The notes under the pieces: model-generated
What the model was told of the DNA's origin: nothing
Databases searched by the model: none
The model's input: the letters and a program-made list of their open reading frames with translations, nothing else
NCBI RefSeq assembly: GCF_009914755.1
Contig: NC_060947.1
Strand: one strand, 5' to 3'
DNA: 64,000 bases
Source of the DNA: the human T2T-CHM13v2.0 reference genome, Homo sapiens
Made by a program: the position numbers and the translations under genes
Part shown: positions 1 through 20,040 of the stretch, one piece after another
Position numbering within the stretch: the stretch's first letter is position 1
How the letters are laid out: each line of letters opens with the position of its first letter

Positions 1-169
1 GGGAATAGTGAAAAATCCAAACCCTTCTAGGCATTTTCCTTGACCCTCTCTCCTACTAACTTTGCCAAGATAATACAGAAGCAAAGATTATATGGCTGAA
101 TGGATAAAGAATTGGAGAATGGCAAAGCAATTAGCAGAACAAGAAGGGACCATAAAGCTGAAGGTGCTT

Positions 170-1594
170 GGAGAAAATGCTTATAAATCATGTATCAGAT
201 AAGGGATCTGTATCTAGAATACATATATATGTAAAATATATATATACACATATATGTAATATAATATATATGTGTGTATGAACCCTTACTACTGAGTAAT
301 AAAAAGATAAACAACCCAACTGAAAAATGGGTAAAGGATTTCTTTTTCTTTTGTTTTGGTTTGTTTTCTTCTTTCCTGGTGACTTGGCACAGAACAAGAA
401 TAAGATTTTTTTTCTTCCAGAATCACATACAAATGGCCATAAGCATAAAAAAAAAAGATATTCAACATGATTAGCAATCAGAGAAATGCAAATCAAAACT
501 ACTTCACATCTACAGGGATGGCTATAATAATTTTAAAAAGACAGTTAATAAATGCTGTTAAGAATGTGGAGAAATTAAAACCCTCATGCACTGCCAGTGT
601 GAATATAAAATGGTGCAGATACTTTGGAAAACACTGGCAGTTCTTCAAAAAATTAGACAGAATTACCATAGGATCCAGTAATTCCACTCTAAGGTATATA
701 CCAAAAAGAAATGAAAACATGTCCTCACGGACATTTACACATGAATATTCATAGCTTTTATTCATAAAAGCCAAAATGTATGAAAAAAATGCTTATCAAT
801 GAATGGATACATAAACAAAATATCTACACAATGGAATATTATTTGAACACAGAAAGGAAGGAAGCATGTTATATGCCACAATATAGATGAACATTGAAAA
901 CATTATGGTAAGTAATAGAAACTAGTCACAAAAGACCACATATTGTATGATTCCATTTATATGAAATGCTCAGAATAGACAGATCTACAGAAACAGAGAA
1001 AAGATAAATGGTTGCTGTATTAATCCATTCTCACACTGCTATAAAGAAATACCTGGAACTGGTCATTTACAAAGAAAAGAAGTTTAATTGGCTCATCATT
1101 CCACAGGCTATACAGGAAGCATGGCTGTGGAAGCCTCAGAAAACGTACAACCATGGCGGAAGGTGAAACAGGCGTATCTGACATGGTGAGAACAGGAGGA
1201 AGAGAGTGAAGGGGGAGGTGCTACACACTTTCAAACAACTAGATCTCTTGAGAACTCACTCACTATCACGAGAACAGCAAAAGGGAAATCCACCCTCATG
1301 ATCCAATTGCCTCCCACCAAGCCCCTCCTCCAACACTGGAGATTACAATTTGACACGAGATTTAGGTAGGGACACAGAGCCAAACCAATCAGTTGCCATA
1401 TTGAGAAAAGAGTTGGGGGCAACTGGGGAGTGACTGCTAACAAATATGGGCTTCTTTTTGAGGTGATTATAATGTTCTACAATTGATTGTGGTGACAGTT
1501 GCACAATCCTGTGAATATACTAAAAGCCATTGATTTGCACAATAAATGGGTGAATTATATGGTATGTGAATCATATCTCAATAAAGCTATTATT
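170..1594 (+). mobile_element. Old LINE-1 3' fragment (L1MB-like), interrupted by an MST LTR
   Basis: Degenerate ORF2 C-terminal sequence (gaaatgcaaatcaaaac...; ggaatattatt) and L1MB-type 3' end ggtgaattatatggtatgtgaatcatatctcaataaagct. Confidence 0.8.
1016..1391 (-). mobile_element. MaLR solo LTR (MSTA/MSTB-like)
   Basis: TG...CA ends, MST-type tgtattaatccattctcacactgctataaag ... gggacacagagccaaacca, 5-bp TSD GTTGC at 1011-1015 and 1392-1396. Confidence 0.85.
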
Positions 1595-2033
1595 TTAAAA
1601 ACTGAAGGTGCTAGGAAAGTTATCATTCAGTGAATTACCATATGATAGGACAGTAAGAGAAAGATGCTGACAACCTGGAATAATAGGGAGAAGTGAAAGA
1701 ATAGAAGGTTTCCATGAGAAATAACCACAGATGTAGTAGTAGCCAAGGAGTGAGGGAAATGAAATAATCCTTGATTTTACCAATCACTACTTAAGCTAAC
1801 CTTAGTTAATCTTTCTTACTTGAGTAAAAGTCATTTGCCCTGCCAACTCAGTCATGGATTATCCTGGAACTTGTTCAAGATTCTAGGAATCCAAGCCTGT
1901 TAGGTATCAAATGACTTTCTAGGAATTTTCTTTGACAGCCTAGTTTGCTGAAGCCATTTAATGGAGATGAGTAACCTGCTAGACCTGCTCAAGCCAACCG
2001 CCTGCTCAAGCCAACCAGATGGACACCTTATTC

Positions 2034-2337
2034 GGTATACCCATAACTTCTTTTTTTATTATATAATCACATATTAATACATAATCATTTAATTCATTAA
2101 CTATTTTCTGTTTTCTTCAATAGTCCTGGCAGAAAATAAGTGGCCTCATCCATCTGCCCAATCTTATCCAGTGGGAGACACCATGACTCCTACCCTCACT
2201 GTTCTGCTCTGTCTAGGTGAGACTTAAAGAGAAAGAGGAAAGACCCTAGTCTGAGAGGAACCACATCCCATAGCCAGAGCCTGGTCCATTAATGACGCAG
2301 GGGCTCAGGAGTTCCCTGTGGTATACCCATAACTTCT
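2034..2337 (+). pseudogene. Retro-inserted fragment of an LILR-family gene: signal-peptide exon (ATG 2183, MTPTLTVLLCL-G, 34 coding nt, donor GTGAGA at 2217) plus ~100 nt of intron
   Basis: 18-bp direct repeat GGTATACCCATAACTTCT at 2034-2051 and 2320-2337, T-run after the left copy; peptide and 34-nt phase-1 exon match LILR leaders (e.g. MTPILTVLICLG). Confidence 0.75.
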
Positions 2338-3289
2338 GATCAGCTCTATTCCCTGTGAGACCTTCTCCATTTACCTCAAGTGGAAGGAAAATAAATGAAT
2401 ATTTATTATGCACCTTATTTCCATAAATTGTGACACTTAATCCTCAAATCTCTTACCCAGATTACAAATAAAAAAAGCTGGGCCAGAGAGTATAAATGAC
2501 ATTCCCAAAGTCACATAACTAGCTAATAAGGGGCACGATTAGAATTCTAGTTTTGGCTGAAACCCATGTCCTTCTCACTACAATTTGGCAGTGGGTAATC
2601 CTGCAGAGTGAGGCTTATTACAACAGTTTCTCCCCATGGATCAGTTCCCCTGACAGCTACTTTCAATGCCTTTTGAAGCCGGAGTATGTGTTATTGCTAA
2701 TTTTAAAACAATGATAACATTTACACATTAAACACTTCTCTAGCTTGTTCTCTTGACAACACCACACCTAAGATTGATACAAAAATGTTCCCTGTTAGTG
2801 CTTGGCCTTAAAAATCTCAATTTGTGAAAACATAATTTTTAATAGACTTTTAAATAGAGCATAGAAGGGTTTTAATAGCAACATAGAGTGGTATCTCTAT
2901 GGTACCACAGGAAATATTGTAACAACATAAAAAATCAGTTGAAGAAAAATTATCTTCAAGTAACACAAAATTTCAGGTTACTTTCACATCACTGTTCTTT
3001 CTCAGCCTGGACCAATGAGCTAAGGCATGGCAGAGCTAAGGGCTCTGAGACCCAGTTACACTTGTTTTGTCAGCTGTTATATATTTTTTTATTACAGAGG
3101 TTATGCAGAAAAATATTTCCATTGTAAATAAAAATTAAACATTATAGGATTTTACAGAGCAAAAGATGACATTATTCCTCAGCTTCCCTAGTGTTTCCAT
3201 ACCATTTGCTATGCATTCACATTCATGTGTATACATATTGTATAATTTTTCTACTGATAAAAAGGATTATACAATACATATTGCCTTGT

Positions 3290-3720
3290 TACATTTTTAA
3301 TAGCTTTATTGAGATACAATTTGAATACCATACAATTTACCCATTTAAAGTGCACAAATCAATGGTTTTAGTATATTCACAGATATATGCAATGATATCC
3401 AGAGTCAACTTTAGAATATTTTTATCACTGCAAAAAGAAATCCTGTACCTTTAGCTTTCACTCTCATATCCCCCCAATTTCCCTAGCTGTAAGCAACCAA
3501 TAGTCTACTTTACGTCTATATAGATTTCTTTATTCTGGACATTTCATACAAATGGAATCACATAAAACATGAAATCACATAAAACACGGACTTTGGTGAT
3601 TAGCCTCTTTCAATTAGCATAATGTTTTCAAAGTTCATCCATATGATAGCATGTATTAGTACTTCATCTTTTAAAATAGCTGGATCATATTACATTGTAT
3701 GGATGTATCACATTTTCCCT
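3290..3720 (-). mobile_element. Old LINE-1 3' fragment (L1MB-like)
   Basis: tagctttattgagatacaatt...catacaatttacccatttaaagtg is the reverse complement of an L1MB 3' end. Confidence 0.75.
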
Positions 3721-3963
3721 GTTACTTTTTTTTAGTATCTTATATTCTTTCCATTCAATATGTACAGATATTACTCTTTTTGGTGGCTGCACAGCATTGC
3801 ATAGTTTTGGTGCAACATATTTCATGCAACGATTCACCTACTGATAGATATTTAAGTTATCTCTAATGTTTATCCATTGTAACAATAATTTATAACCTCC
3901 ATAAAATATATAGGGAGAAAAGAAAAGGCCATGACTCGGTGGAAGAAGGTCCCACCTCTAGAA

Positions 3964-4145
3964 CAATGGTCTTAAAACTATGTTCCTTGATCTGCAGCAT
4001 CATCTAGAAACTTGTTAGAAATGCAAATTCCTGGGCCTTATCCCCAGAGTTTTTTATTAAAAAATTCTGGTTTGGGACCTAGCGTTCAGTGTTTTAACAA
4101 GCCCTCCTGATGATTCTGACATGCACTAAAATTTGAGAACCATTG
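3964..4145. mobile_element. MER5A-like hAT DNA transposon remnant
   Basis: caatggt...aaccattg termini; internal cttgttagaaatgcaaattc and ttttaacaagccctc...tgattctga. Confidence 0.75.
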
Positions 4146-4414
4146 CTTTAAATATCTCTCACTGCACTACAGTGGCAATCATTGTTCGGTTTCTAGTAAA
4201 TTTTAAAAATTAGCAGGACCACAATAATTGGCTTTAACTCATGACTACTATGGGCATTACATTAGGTAGGAGTATAGTAGTGAGGTATTTCTTATTTTTC
4301 TTTAGCGAGAGCACTTTAGTATACCAAAAACACTTCTTCCTCACATACTTTTCCTATCTGTTTGACCCCTTATTCTCTCTTCCCATAACTTGAAAAATCA
4401 ACAAGTAAACCATT

Positions 4415-9834
<5,420 letters not shown>

Positions 9835-10804
9835 AAGATGCCAGGAGATGGAAAGATTCTCGTTCCTGACTCACATATCTATTGATGACCCACAGGACAA
9901 TGAACCTTAGATAGACCCCAGCTCCAATTAGAAACGGAAATACTGGGGAAATGGGATTTTACTGAATTCAAAGATTGAAACTAGCAGGAAATTTAGAGGT
10001 ATGCTAGTCAAGAGTCACATTTTGGAGATAAGGAAAATGAAATCCGGTGAAATTACATTTAAACACAGAGGATGCACAGCAAGTATAAACCTTGTCCCTC
10101 ATTATATTATATTCTATATACAGCTTTACTATAATGGTTCTTGATCAGGGATATGCATGAAATCCATCTGGGGAGATTTCTTTTAAATATGCATTTAGAA
10201 AGGCAAATTTTCCTTATCTTATTAAGGGTAGTAAGAGGACCAATATAATTTAACTATCTTTAGAAGACATTAATGGACATCCAGTACCATATTGCTCTCT
10301 AATTCAGCAATGCCCACAGAAGTCAGAAAATGTCCACAAAGGTCAGAAGTACTTAAGCTTCTAATCCCCGTGCTAAATAGCTCCAGATTGCTGTGTTTCA
10401 TGTTCTTTTGGCTTTCTACTGTGTTTCTGTCCCCTGCTTTTATTTTAGTTATTACTTATTACATGTATCAGAGGGTTTGCATCCAGCAGTCCTAACCTCT
10501 TCTCCCACAGTTACTACTACCAATGCGAGTTGGGACACCAAATAAATATAATCTTTAGAACCATTACAAAGATGATAGTAAAACAGGCTGTGAATGAGGA
10601 ACTAGGAAAATTCAGTGTAGGGACCTTGTAATACTTACTTTGATTGCTATGGAATGAAATCAGATATGGTATTCTGTAAGAAAGTGGCATACTGGCAAAA
10701 TGTCCTTTATACAAACCAAACAAAAAATTGATTCTGAGGATTTTTTAACCTCAGGAATGTGTGCATTCCTCCATCAAGATTTCTCTCCTGGTTAGTTTTT
10801 GTCT

Positions 10805-10950
10805 TTTGTTTCTTTACTTAATAAACTTCATTTTTTAGAGCCATTTTGGGTTCACAGCAAAACTGAGCAAAAAATAGTTACCATACATTTCCTATTCACA
10901 CATACACACCCACAACCTCCTCCACTACTGACATCCTGCATCACAAAATC
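10805..10950 (-). mobile_element. Short old L1M 3' fragment just downstream of the KLHL13 exon donor
   Basis: ttttttagagccattttgggttcacagcaaaactgagc resembles the reverse complement of an L1MC 3' end. Confidence 0.55.
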
Positions 10951-11005
10951 CATGGTGGGTTTTTTAAAGCTACGTAAACACTACCAAAGAGACAGCTTAA
11001 ATTAC

Positions 11006-11147
11006 CTGTAACACCACAGAACTGTGGGTATTGCTGGTAAAGATGCGTGTAGGTCCTGCCTTGGAAGACTGCAAATGGGATGAGAGGCCCATTTCGCTGC
11101 CTCCAAGGGACAATTTCATGTGTTGGTCTTCCTCTTCCACGAGAGAT
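11006..11147 (-). CDS. KLHL13: KLHL13 shared coding exon (142 nt): (x)[47 protein letters not shown], leading into the BTB domain
   Basis: Acceptor ...CTTTCAG at 11148, donor CAG|GTAATT at 11005; open frame; peptide recognised as KLHL13, and from MKLSL onward paralogous to the KLHL9 N-terminus. Confidence 0.96.
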
Positions 11148-13579
11148 CTGAAAGTTTTTTTACATAAGAAAGAAGGGGAAATTAAAACTTGTACAATTTA
11201 CAATGAGATTATTTAGAAAAATAATCAGTCACTATTGCAATCATATGACCATGCAATATGGTGAATATTGTTTCACTATATTATACGCTTGTACCACTCT
11301 TTATCTTAGAAGAAATGTATATTTGTAAAATGGTTTCCAAGTACAGAATATACAGATGATAACTGAGAAATCAACTTAAAAGGTGGTTCAAAATTATAGT
11401 CACAGAGTTTTTAAAGGCCACAGTAATTACTGTTGATATGTTACTATTTAGATAGCAATGCCATCAAATTATGCTGCATATAGTTAAAATTAATTTGGAA
11501 CACCTAATTTTGAAAAGATAAAAATGATAGCTACCATTTATTGAATAGTCATTATATAGCAGGTACTTGCCAATAATTTTATACACAGACTAAAGAAGGG
11601 TCAGAAACCACTTATTAAAGTGGTTGGCCCAGGGTTTGAATCTAGGTCTAGTCTGATTCCCACTCCAAACCCCCATTAATAAAAGTAAAAGATTAATTGT
11701 TATATATTAATGCATTACTTTATCTTCTGTTATTAGTAGTAGTTCTAATCAACCCCAACTGAACAAAATTTTTCACATGATATAATTTCTTTTTCTAGCA
11801 GTATCTCTCACTTACCAGTTTGGGATTGTTTAATAGCTACAATCTAGTCACATTTCCATCTTTTCAAAGAAATGAATACTAAAAATATAAATACAGGCAA
11901 TTCTGTATTTGCATGTATTGCAGCAATAGTATTTTCAAGGGGCATAAGTAAGAATAGGAGAACCTTAGTCAGTAGGTCACTTAGATGCAAAGAGAATATG
12001 ACAATACATTTGATAGTTTAAAAATCTCAGGTTATACTAAAAATGTGCCATTATTAATAACCTTTCATCATTCCTTAGAAGAGATCTTGTGTTTCTCCAT
12101 AGGTATACATTGCTAAAATAATCTCTGGATCACCTGCCTAAGAGTGGGGAGCCCGTGGCTCATGAATTTGGTTCTGCATTCATGATACAGACTGCTAAAA
12201 AGACTGCTAAAATAGACATTAGGAAAAAAGAAGGAGAGCAGATTTTCAAGTGCTGGAACTCTTCATTTTTTCTGTAATTTCCTCAATTTTGAATTATTTG
12301 CTTTTCTAACTGTCTAACTGAGCTATCCAATATCAGAAAGGTTTCACCTTTTTTTCCTGTCATACCTAAAACCCCAAGTTGATCAGTTTTAACAAGAAAA
12401 AGACCATACTAAAGATTCTGCTTTTTGAATTATGACACCAACTAAGTGGTTTTAAATCTTGCAATAATTAGCAAAAATTCTGGCCTTAAGGATGACATCA
12501 ATTCTTCTTAATGATATTAGAGCCATAGTATAACCAAAAATGAATTAATAATATATAACCATGTTTAATTCAATTCTGATAGATATTTAATAAAGAAGAG
12601 AATAACTTAAGATTTTAAAAAGCATAAAAGAAACTGGATATAGCCTTCCACCAGAGTTTCAGAGATAGCTTTAAAGAGAATTAAGTTATATTTATGATAT
12701 ATAGCACACACACACAATTTTAAACAACTTTTGTGGACAGACGTTTAAAATTACAGAATCAATTGGAAAAGTCAGAAATTGATTGATGGTGACTGTTATC
12801 CCTAACCAGAAAATGTCTATTCATCCAGATTATATTAATAGGATATTCAAGCAGACTGTTTTATTAGTTTCTGTATTCCCTGCACAGAGCCTAGCACGAA
12901 AGACTTAATATATGTCCTCTGAATGAATACAGAATCTTCTTTCTGTAGATCATTCCAAAGACATTTCTTTATTATGCAGTGCTTAAATGACCATCAATTA
13001 TCATTCTTATGAAACTGCAGATGTAAAAGGGATAGGAGTAAAGCTGAATTCACATTGCCACAATGACATATCCCGGAAATTGCTTTTTTGAGTAAACTAC
13101 AAGTAACAACTTATTTACTTTGTCATTTGTCTCTTGCTCTTAAAAACAGAAAGCAAAAAGTGAAAATGCAGCCCTTTCTTGCCAACATAATATGCTTGCC
13201 TTTTTAATTAATTACTTCAAAAGCTGAAGAAGCCTGGACTAAAATTATCTTTTTCATGATGTTTTATCAGTATCTTTTGACTTTTTAACATTCAAAACAC
13301 TCCCTACTAATTTCTGCTTTGGTAACAGTACATGCCATGTTAACCTTCTTAGCAGATTCAATATTCCCATCTATCTCCCCTTTATTAAGTTTATTGATTG
13401 AATGTGAAGAGCACTGTTCTTCAACATTGCAAGGAGGTAACACTTCTCTGCAAACCCCAAGCCACAATTATATCAATCTATGCTTAAAGGAATGATTATC
13501 TGAGTAATTCCAAGAAAAAAAATAACAGTTTTTAATCTGATGTTTTTTCAACTCATATAGTTAAATACAATATACATAC

Positions 13580-13775
13580 AAGTCATTCTCAATGTGGGGA
13601 GGGGGAGCAGGAGGCATTTTGCCCCTCCTTCCACCCCCATGATTCATAATGTCTGCAGACATTTTTCACTGTCACAACTGGGGATGCTGCTAAACATCCT
13701 ACAAAACAGGACAGTTCTCTAGGTCAAAGCTGTTCTTAGGCAAAAAAGTCAAGTGCCAAAGGTGAGAAATCCTAA
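13580..13775. mobile_element. MER20-like DNA transposon remnant
   Basis: ttctcaa...ttttgcccc...aatgtctgcagacattttt...gtcacaactgggg...gatgctgctaaacatcctacaa...ggtgagaaat. Confidence 0.7.
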
Positions 13776-15756
13776 TATAGAGGAATTTACTGTCTCATGA
13801 AAATTTTTCTCAAGCAATTTCATGATTTAAATAATTTCCCAGTCATAGGGTTGAATCCATGAGGTAATGCTAGCAATATGAAACACAGCAGGATTATTAA
13901 TTATCACTAATTCTTCCAAGGCTACCTAACAGAATATCTCTGCTCTCCACAGGCCCATCAATTTGAAAACTCAAGTCTAAGAGTAAAAAAGTAGATAATG
14001 GCTTTGAAGTTTATAAGAAAATTATGCAGCAAAGCTTTTGTTTTACATAAGCTCATGTAAGAATAATAATTTCCTAAATCTGCATAAAACAGTTGTTATT
14101 TGGATCCACTTTTACATGTTAAGTTAGAATCTGGCAAATTCTGTCTAAATAGTCCCATTTCACCAGCCCTACAAGATTATTCATGGGAGAGACTATATTA
14201 ACGAATTTTGTTTCTAAAAATTAAACCTCTCTTTTCCCTACAATATTATAGTCTGCATATTGCTTGCATGCCACCCCCCGCCTACCCAATCACCACAGCA
14301 GACGTCTTATTCTTGAAACAATGACCAACCATAAAGCACAAGAGCAATCTTTCACAAAGTGTACGTGAATCACTCAACTGTGCTTGCTCAAAGAAAACAA
14401 CTACTTTTTTGATGAGTATTAGCTTAGAGATGGAGGCACTGTCTGACCATTTTACTGAAAGCATTGTAAACGTGGTCAAACCAAACATACACAGACTGTG
14501 GCATTTCTCTGCACTGCATTTAAAGACAAAAGGAAAAAAAGCCTAAGCCATTGTCATATGTTAACAAAGGGCTGCCAACATTGTAATCTTGCCTCGAAAT
14601 GTCCACATATTTAAAATTACCCGAACGGAAACATGTAAGTGATATGAGCACACAATTCACAAAGATCAAGGTGCCAATGGTTAGCAGATACAAAAATGTT
14701 CAACCTCATCAGTATTCCAGAATATGCACAAAGATTCTATCTTTAAACCTGCAAAATTATCAGAGTACAAGATATACTCTCAAAATTGCTAGTGCAAACA
14801 TGTCATAAACTCCTACTACTGTCTGCATAGAATTGTTCATCCAAATGGATTTTTTCAAAGGAAATTTAAAACTCACTAAATGGACAAATGTGGTTTTTTT
14901 TTAATAGCAAGCAACATGACAATGAAGAATTGTGTCCTGGTATCTATGTCCTGGTAGGTGGGCCAAAGCAAGAGTGCTCTGCTGATCTGACTTAAATGTG
15001 TTTTCTTCAGTGAATCCCTCTGTAGAGGTTTAATTTGGTAGACGTTCTATAGAGAACCATATACTCTTAGAATTCATTATAGTAAATATGTTTGTTGGAA
15101 TGCTATATGAGGAAGGAAAAAGCATCTCTTAATTGCATCATTTGACTCAAAAGCCACAAATAATCTTCCAATGCTCCTCAATCTCCATACCTAAATAAAT
15201 CCCACGACAATCCACTGAAACCAGTACCATTGTGTTTAAAAAATAAGATATCATCTTGATCAATTATAAAATGTGTACTTCAATTTCTTGGTTTCTATCA
15301 TTGCAAATAGCAGTTCATGTTATACAGAAACCCAGGTGTGGTCAAATTTCATTGTCAAGGAAAAGGGAACATTTTGGTGCTTCTTGAGATTATCATCATG
15401 AAAACACAATAAAAGCACTTAACTTTTCTTGGTAGAGAGGTTATGTGTGCCAATTCATGCACTGGTACATTAATGTCTAGCTCACATCAAATAAAAAGCA
15501 ACATCTTGATACTGCTATGAATAAAAGACTGTTCTCTACACTTTCCTGTACTGTTTGTAATTTCTGAAGGGAAAAAAGAAGAAATGAATTAGAGAAAAGC
15601 TAGAAAGGTAAAAGTATATGAACAACACTTTTCTATTTAGTTCCCTCATTTGTTTCATAGTGCTTTAACTGCCATCATTTCATTACCAAAAAAGGTTAAA
15701 TCTAACAATATATGCTAAAAACTCAATTTCACTGCAACAAAAGAATGAAAGTCCCA

Positions 15757-16063
15757 GGCTGGGCGTGGTGGCTCACGCCTGTAATCCCAGCACTTTGGGA
15801 GGCCAAAGCAGGCGGATCACCTGAGATCAGGAGTTCGAGACCAGCCCAGCCAACATGGTAAAACCCCGTCTCCACTAAAAACACAAAAATCAGCCGCGCG
15901 CAGTGGCAGGTGCCTGTAATCCTAGCTACTTAGGAGGCTGAGGCAGGGGAATCACTTGAACCTGGGGGGCGGAGGGTGCAGTGAGCCGAGACTGTGCCAC
16001 TTCACTCCAGCCTGGGTGAAAGAGTGAAACTCCATCTCAAAAAAAGGAAAAGAAAAAAAAGAA
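15757..16063 (+). mobile_element. AluS element
   Basis: ggctgggcgtggtggctcacgcctgtaatcccagcactttggg; dimer with A-tail; gaaagtc on both flanks. Confidence 0.95.
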
Positions 16064-17408
16064 AGTCTCTTGCATTAGTGTCAAAAGTATAATATAGATA
16101 TTTCAAGTTCCCCAGATTAATAATATTACCTTAACTAAAGTTGGTGTCAGTGGGTTGGTATACAGGAACAACAACAATAACAAAACAAAATGAAAACAAA
16201 AACAAGAAAGCTATGAATGGTTTAACAACACAACAAAACAGGTTGGTTAATCAAGGCACTGACTATCCACTACCCAACCCCCAGGAAAATAAAATACATA
16301 TTGCTCACACTCACAATTTAAAAAGAAAATCAAGAAAAAGTCTTTCCTCAAAGTACTTTCCATCCATTTGTTTTTCTGCTCTGAAACAGAGAAGTGTCTG
16401 CTAGCAGCAGCATTTGCTAAATGAAACATTTCTTGTGATAAAGTTGCATGGCAGGTGGAGAAGAAATTTCACCACCTGTTCTCATACTCATTTGAATTTC
16501 AGGGCTAAATCTGTCAAGGTATTTCCTTCCACCCTTGAGAAATAAATTAAAAACTTAAGATGGTAGAAGCCATTTTCCATTGGCTTTTTAAGATAGAGTC
16601 AAAGTATTCATACTGCATTGAATTCGAAAGATATTAATAGCTTTTCTACTCCTCTCTTTCTCCACACTTCCCAAACAAAAGCTGAATGATACCACAAACG
16701 TTTGAGTGTACACATACTCAACTTTCATTATGAAACAAAGGAACATGTTTTGAAAAAATCGGGAACAAAATTTCCAACTCATGAAGTAAACTAATGTATA
16801 TAAAATAAGCCTGGCATTTTTGTTGAAAAAAATTAAAAACTTAAAATTTCAAATATTGAAAGATTTGTCCCCCAACTAAAATGTCATTTATAGTATCATT
16901 ACACAAAGAAATTATAAATATCATAGCAACTTCTCTCTCTTTTTTCTTTTTCAAATACCAACAAGAGTGAGCTTGAAAGTAACATCTATTAATAAGGCAT
17001 AAATTAATTGTTGTTTAAAGAATATATCTTCTTAATGAGGTGTTTGCCTGAAAGGAATCAAGAAAGATAAAGCTTTTGTTAGTTATTTGTAGTTTTTTTA
17101 ATGACATAAATATATTATTGTCTACCTGAAATCATTTCACTAATGGAACTCTTTAGTTACAGATGAGATTTTATAAAATAGCTGCTATCTTTCCAAGGCT
17201 ATAAGAAGCTATTGCACAGGCTATAAAAAGCTATTGCACAGGCTTCTTATATGCATATGTCTGTCACATTTAAAATAGAACAGTATTAATAAATAGCTTC
17301 TGTCTGTTTTAACATAGGAATAAGATCATTTACCCAGCACCTGCTGTGTACTAAGCACTGTGCCAGGCACATTCTAGTATCCTATTTAATCCTTGTAATA
17401 ACTCATTT

Positions 17409-19161
<1,753 letters not shown>

Positions 19162-19949
19162 AGACAGGGAACTGAAGCTCGGAGAGTTTAAGGCCTCACC
19201 ATGAGTCTAGTAACTATGATTTGAACCCACATCTGAATCCAGAGCCTACATTGTTCCCATTTATACCAAGCCTAAAAAATTAAAAATAGCAGACAGTAGA
19301 GGCTATAAGTCACTTAGCATTTCAATGCTTAATTTATAAGCACAAGGAGGATATCAGAGAGATACATTCTGTTATAGGCAAGTAATTTTCTGGTTTAATT
19401 AATTCAATCTGAAGATCACTTACTTTTACCATTCTATTTCCATAAAAACAATACCAACACTAAAAATCTTTCATGCTATTCTCCCAACACTTATGGGGTA
19501 GGGAGGTAGTAAATCCTAGAAAATAACTCAGATGAAATTTGGGGAGAATTTCACATACTGATATCAACATTTAAAAGAACACATTCTGAACTCTAATGCC
19601 AACCATCACAATAACAGATATAACACTATGACGTAGATAAGGGAATTGGGCTAGACAAATGATACTCCATTAGATAACTATAACAGGATGAAAGTTAATT
19701 ACCCAAATCAAAAGGCATTTCCACTGAATATCTCAATCTTGTCCTTAAAGAACTTCAAAATAATATTTGCTCCCTCTGCTTACCATATTTCAAGACTTTA
19801 GTGTCCCTTCATCTTTTAAAATTTATATACCAGTTAAACTGCATCATGTCCAATTCATCTTGACCAAAAATGTTTTCTATTTAGAAAGCTTAGTTTATAT
19901 ATTATTTCTCATTCTCCACATTTCTTATATTTGTGTGAAAGCAAGATAA

Positions 19950-20040
19950 GCAGATGGGTAGATTGGTAGATAGGTAGACGGATGGATGGATGGATGGATG
20001 GATAAAGGGATACATGGATGGATGAATGGTAGGTAGATAA
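19950..20040 (+). repeat. (GGAT)n/(AGAT)-type simple repeat
   Basis: ggatggatggatggatggatggat core with degenerate flanks. Confidence 0.85.

Noticed and set aside
339-415. T-rich ~70-bp interruption in the old L1
   Set aside because: Might be a tiny retro-insertion, but no clear TSD or source
13285-13467. 60-aa minus-strand ORF with protein-like composition
   Set aside because: TTG start, no convincing splice sites, no family I recognise; tBLASTn/PhyloCSF would settle it
14282-14808. Two short ORFs in repeat-free sequence
   Set aside because: No recognisable homology or exon structure; lengths expected by chance
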